DNA of 63,387 bases, counting the filler, from Craspedostauros australis (taxonomy: Eukaryota): assembly GCA_030167865.1 (NCBI GenBank). It is 12 parts of 12 records of this genome, joined end to end, with 100 filler letters (N's around TTAATTAATTAA, not from the genome) between each part and the next. Parts side by side here need not be neighbours in the genome. Positions count along the whole stretch, not along the records: positions 56,198 to 60,090 come from JALAGF010004398.1; positions 60,191 to 63,387 come from JALAGF010004402.1; 10 more parts are not named here. One strand, 5' to 3'. Numbering within the stretch: position 1 is the first letter of the stretch; the number at the start of each line of letters is the position of its first letter. The translations under genes and the position numbers were made by a program. The notes under the pieces are model-generated. The model searched no databases and was not told the DNA's origin. It saw only the letters and a list, made by a program, of their open reading frames with translations. Positions 59,001-63,387 of this stretch are shown here, piece after piece.

Positions 59001-60218
59001 AACGTAATGAAATAGCAAACGAACGACTATCAACCAACACCATCTTCCACGATCGTAGGCTTCCGTGAGTGGAACTTGCCAACAGATGGGAGACATCCAT
59101 GCCCTCTGTCATGGTGGAACAATGAACCACAGATTTGATGATGAGTACATTGCANNNNNNNNNNNNNNNNNNTGCAATGCCCATGATGGAGTTGTGCAAG
59201 GTTATGGATGAAGACAAGGGTACTGGGCAAGTCGATTTGTTGGAGTGATGGTGACGGTACAAAGTGGAAATGGCAATTACTCCACTGCTGTGTCACACAT
59301 TCCAAGTCACTCATTGGCTCAACACTTCCACACACATGCAGTGAAAAGACAATGGCAAGTGTGCATGTGGTATAGAAGGTGGTGCAGGTGATGTACTCCA
59401 TCATANAATGGATAGCTCACACTTCATGATTTGGTTCAGTTGCGGATAGCAAGATGGGATGAATGTACCCATGAGTGGGTGAGGAGCTTGGAATATCAAC
59501 AGCATCGAACCTCAGTTGCAGCCACTATTGACACTTTCATTGTCATCACATTGTTGGGTCCTTGCGGTATGCAAGCATTCACCCAATTGTTCGAACCAGC
59601 CATGGGGCAGCTGGTGAGCCGACAAGCGAAGAAAGAGCCATACACCTTGCCAATTGTGCTTTGGTCAAGCTTGATGCAACTGAAGCGCACATTTGCAATA
59701 CCCTGGAAGATTTCCAACACTTGTGTCCTCATTTCTGCATCTAGCAATACTCTGAATGATCACTTGATGAAGCTTGTGAATGTTGCGATGACATCTGACT
59801 TGACATGTGTGGGTGGCTCTTGATCTGGATTTGGTGAGCGATTGGGATCGAGCTGAGCAAAAAGATAGAACAAGAGATGGCATGAAAGCAGGAGAGCGAC
59901 CAAGGGGATGTCATGTGACACCAATTGAAGATTGCCACTGATGTGATCATGTATGTGCTGATAGTGAAACTATGCTCACCTGGCTCTACTCTTGCACCAT
60001 CTTGGGTTGCTCCTGTTGGAGTGTGCAAGGCTTGCTTCGGTCCAAGCAATTGGTTGGATTTGTGAATACTCCAGTGTTCAAAGCGATACGNNNNNNNNNN
60101 NNNNNNNNNNNNNNNNNNNNNNNNNNNNNNNNNNTTAATTAATTAANNNNNNNNNNNNNNNNNNNNNNNNNNNNNNNNNNNNNNNNNNNNCGTCGAACAT
60201 CAACGGCACAACATCGTC

Positions 60219-60830
60219 ATGCACATGGCCTCATTCAGCGAATCGGCATCGTTGTCGTCCAGCGATTCATCGACGGTGTCATCATCATCGTCGGCAGAGT
60301 CCACGCCGACGCGCACTTCCTTGCTGTCGCCATCGAGTTCACCCGCCCGGTTCTCTCCATCTTCCGTGATTCCGGAGACCTTGACATCGCCCATGTCACC
60401 TTACGTCAAACGACCCCAATACCTGCCACTTTCACCCACGGAACGGTGGCAGATCCTGCAAAGGATCGGATCTCCTCCAAACCAAATCAAGAAAGCCATC
60501 ACGCGTTCCAAGTTGCTGCAGGAGCGACGGCCTGAGACGAATCTGCTGCACGACATCGAAGTGGCGCAGCATCAGGCCCGGCAAAAGATGTGGACTCAGC
60601 CACGACACGCGATGTACTCGTCGCATGAGCTGCGCGAGGTGATGAGCATTGATCACGCGTACGCTGCGGCCAGCAGCCCAATCCAATTGCCGCGACACAG
60701 ATCGTCGGTGTTGTTGCATCAAATGTCGCCCAGCTATGCTTCGCCCAACCAATCGCCATCGTATACGAGCGTGATGAAGCGCCGTCTCGATTCCGACATC
60801 GCAAGGCACATCCAGTCCGTGCCATTTTAA
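60219..60830 (+). CDS. Hypothetical Ser/Pro-rich protein (203 aa)
   Basis: Clean ORF with a central helical motif LSPTERWQILQRIG..QIKKA. Confidence 0.55.
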   Translation: MHMASFSESASLSSSDSSTVSSSSSAESTPTRTSLLSPSSSPARFSPSSVIPETLTSPMSPYVKRPQYLPLSPTERWQILQRIGSPPNQIKKAITRSKLLQERRPETNLLHDIEVAQHQARQKMWTQPRHAMYSSHELREVMSIDHAYAAASSPIQLPRHRSSVLLHQMSPSYASPNQSPSYTSVMKRRLDSDIARHIQSVPF

Positions 60831-61822
60831 AAGCATGCCCATGCTGCCCTTGCAAAGAGAGATCCACTCGGAATCACTCCAAGCAATGCACTTGAGTGCA
60901 ATTACAAAATGGGATGGGATAGTGTGGTGTGGCAGTAACAGATAACATCACCTCTCTCTCTCTCTCTCTCTGGTGTTGCCTGACGGAGGTCGTCCGAGCA
61001 CTCAATCTCTTGCGTCGACACCACGATCACAACAGTAAGAATCAACAACGAATGAGGACAGAATCAAGGTGTTTGGAAAAGTGTGGGGCTTGTGCCATCT
61101 TGTGCACACGCATTCTTTTCTCCTTCAACTTTATCACCAGAATCGTCGCAACCACCAATGACGTAGTGTTGTTCGGTGGAACTCTAATTGCTTGGAGAGC
61201 TGATTCGTCAGTTGAGTTCTCTGGACAGAATCTGTGACTTTTCGCGTGCGCTTGTGGAGTTATGACGCAGTTCGCGTTTGTCTGTCCCATAATGATCATT
61301 GTCACTCAGACAAGAAAAGGCATCGCAACAAGATAGCGAAGATGGAGGTGTCTTGCGCACAATTTGCCTGTCCGAACAACGCATCCGATCAACACCATGA
61401 CGCATGTCACGAGTTGTGGTGCCCGCACGTTTTGTTCCTCCAAACCTTTCCACAACCAGTCTGCCTCCAACGCGCACAGAGAGGGGACTGGAGCGTCGGA
61501 TCATTCACAAGAGGGCGCGAGTGTCGGCACGGTATGGAACTGCGTTTCTGGGAATGCCAAACGTGTAGCCACTCTTCAGCCAGGTCATTCACCACGAAGC
61601 AAGCAACGACTGCTTTGGCGACATCCTCCTCCTCCTCCTCCTCCTCCTCCTCCGAAGCAGACGATCAGAGCACCATCTCTCCAAGAGCGCGATTATTCGC
61701 ACGAGTAGATAGTGATAGATGGAGAGAGAGAGACCCCCGCATCCTCGTACCTCCGTTCATGCCTCCATTCGTACCTGCACTCACTGCCAACAAGTCAATC
61801 ACAAACGAACGAACTCGATGCG

Positions 61823-63387
61823 ATGGGACAGGATCGCACAGATGTGCAGTACATAGCGATGGGGGTCGCGATGACGACATCCAGCCTGCTCTCCATCGTG
61901 GGATCATCCTTCATCATCTACATGACCAGACGCGACCTATCCTTGGTCTACCATCGCATCCTCATCGTGATCTCCATCGCAGACATCATCGCTGGTGCAT
62001 TCAATGCGGTCCATCTCTTCCTCGTCCCGTCCGACCGCACAGACAGCCCCATCGCATTCGGAAACGACACGACGTGCACCATGCTCGGTTTCGCCCTCAA
62101 CAGCGCCCCCATGATCATCACGCCATACAACACCTTCCTGGCCGTCAACTTTCTNNNNNNNNNNNNNNNNNNNNNNNNNNNNNNNNNNNNNNNNNNNNNN
62201 NNNNNNNNNTACGTCTTCCTCCTCACGATTCTCATGGCCGTCTGCATTCCCAGCGTCGGGCTCCTCCAGAATTCATTCGCATTGAACTACCTCAGTGGGT
62301 ATTGCATCTTTGGCACGTATTCGGAAACGTGTACTATGGAAGAAGTAGTGGTATTGCTTCAGGATGACATGCACAATGCTACGACTACGACAACAACGAT
62401 ACAGCACTGCACACCTGACGCACTGAGTCTCGATTTGCTCAGCATCATTGTTTCGTTCCTCGTCGGTATCATCGCGACGCTGGGTATCGCCAGCACGTAC
62501 GCGCTGTACAGCTCGGTCTATTCAACGTACACAGCCAATGCGCGGTATGCGACGGATATTGAGCCGGTTGTCAGTGAATCCATGGCAATGACGGTCGCAG
62601 ACAGCGCGGAAGAGATTGCTGCACGGCGAAAGAGGAAACGAAGGCGATCGTTCATCACATCGAAGCTGCAACAGGAACGATTCAAGCAGATCACGCAGCA
62701 GTGCATCCTGTACGGATTGTGAGTTCAGTCAGTGGGAGGGGAGCGGGTCACTCCTGCCATGGTTGTGCTTCGTATGGGCATGGAGCACTTGCGCGTGCAG
62801 TGTATCCTCTGCAATGCTCTCTCTTTGATTTGATTTGATGTATCCATGTTGGTTCTATCCTTGGCGATCCATTTTGAGTCTCCATTCAGCGCACCGTGCT
62901 TCCGCTCATCTCTCTCCCTCCTTTGCCCCCCAATTCTGTCGACACAACTTAACCAATAAACACTTGCCCCTATGCAGAGCCTTCGGAAACACATCCATCT
63001 GGCCGATGGCATTCACGATCGTCGACCTCACAATGGAGACNNNNNNNNNNNNNNNNNNNNNNNNNNNNNNNNNNNNNNNNNNNNNNNNNNNNNNNNNNNN
63101 NNNNNNNNNNNNNNNNTTCAATTTCATTGTTTTCATTTGGCCCAAGTACCAACGCGTGCACAAGCTGCTTCGGAAACCCATGGGATCGCATGACATGATG
63201 ATGCACTCTGTCGAATCGAATGGCGACTCCATTGTGGGAAGCAGCGAGATGCCGCATGCAACCTCGTTGGCGAAACAGAGCACACGCAGCACTGGCGAGA
63301 TGCATGGCAACACCGGTGTCGCAGAGAAAAAGGGCGACAGCATGAGGTGGTTCAGGATCATCCTCATGATCATCCAAGATGAGGATG
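61823..63387 (+). CDS. 7TM GPCR-like protein (cAMP-receptor/Git3-like type), exons 61823-62718 and 62978 to the window end, with internal N gaps
   Basis: TM1 SSLLSIVGSSFII, TM2 YHRILIVISIADII, TM3 CTMLGF..YNTFLAVNF, TM6 after splicing L|AFGNTSIWP and TM7 FNFIVFIWPKY. GTGAGT donor at 62719, TATGCAG acceptor at 62977. Confidence 0.85.

Noticed and set aside
10184..60190. Regularly recurring TTAATTAATTAA flanked by N runs (could suggest a repeat array or piggyBac TTAA sites)
   Set aside because: Identical 100-nt synthetic six-frame-stop scaffolding linker; not biological.

Overview
Eukaryotic draft-assembly DNA, almost certainly a diatom. The evidence is spliceosomal GT-AG introns, signal peptides followed by ASAFAP-type plastid motifs, a CoDi-type Ty1/copia element and an Ambal-like LINE. 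The window is 12 contigs joined by 11 artificial 100-nt spacers (N44-TTAATTAATTAA-N44), so adjacency across spacers is not trustworthy. Two large inverted duplications (1-1058 = rc 10284-11341; 28191-31090 = rc 31838-34737) are unmerged contig overlaps. Recognisable genes: NAD(P)-binding oxidoreductase, a plastid-targeted membrane protein, an Mpv17/PMP22 protein with an out-of-frame presequence, an intronless FAAL-ACP-(2TM+LbH)x3 synthetase, an 18-aa Cys-repeat protein, a 15-repeat ankyrin protein with a stop-interrupted BTB tail, subtilisin, alpha-kinase, a secreted Lys/Gly-rich + PTS-mucin protein, a UPF1/IGHMBP2-like helicase and a 7TM GPCR-like protein. The best candidate for an undescribed system is the membrane-bound synthetase that has the epsilon-poly-lysine synthetase (Pls) architecture but loads through a fatty acyl-AMP ligase; a palindrome array lies upstream of it. 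Other leads are a DARPin-like hypervariable ankyrin-BTB gene, a circularly permuted 3.9-kb silaffin/mucin-like gene unit and a copia LTR with non-canonical TA...TA ends. All domain calls are by motif recognition only; no database searches were run.
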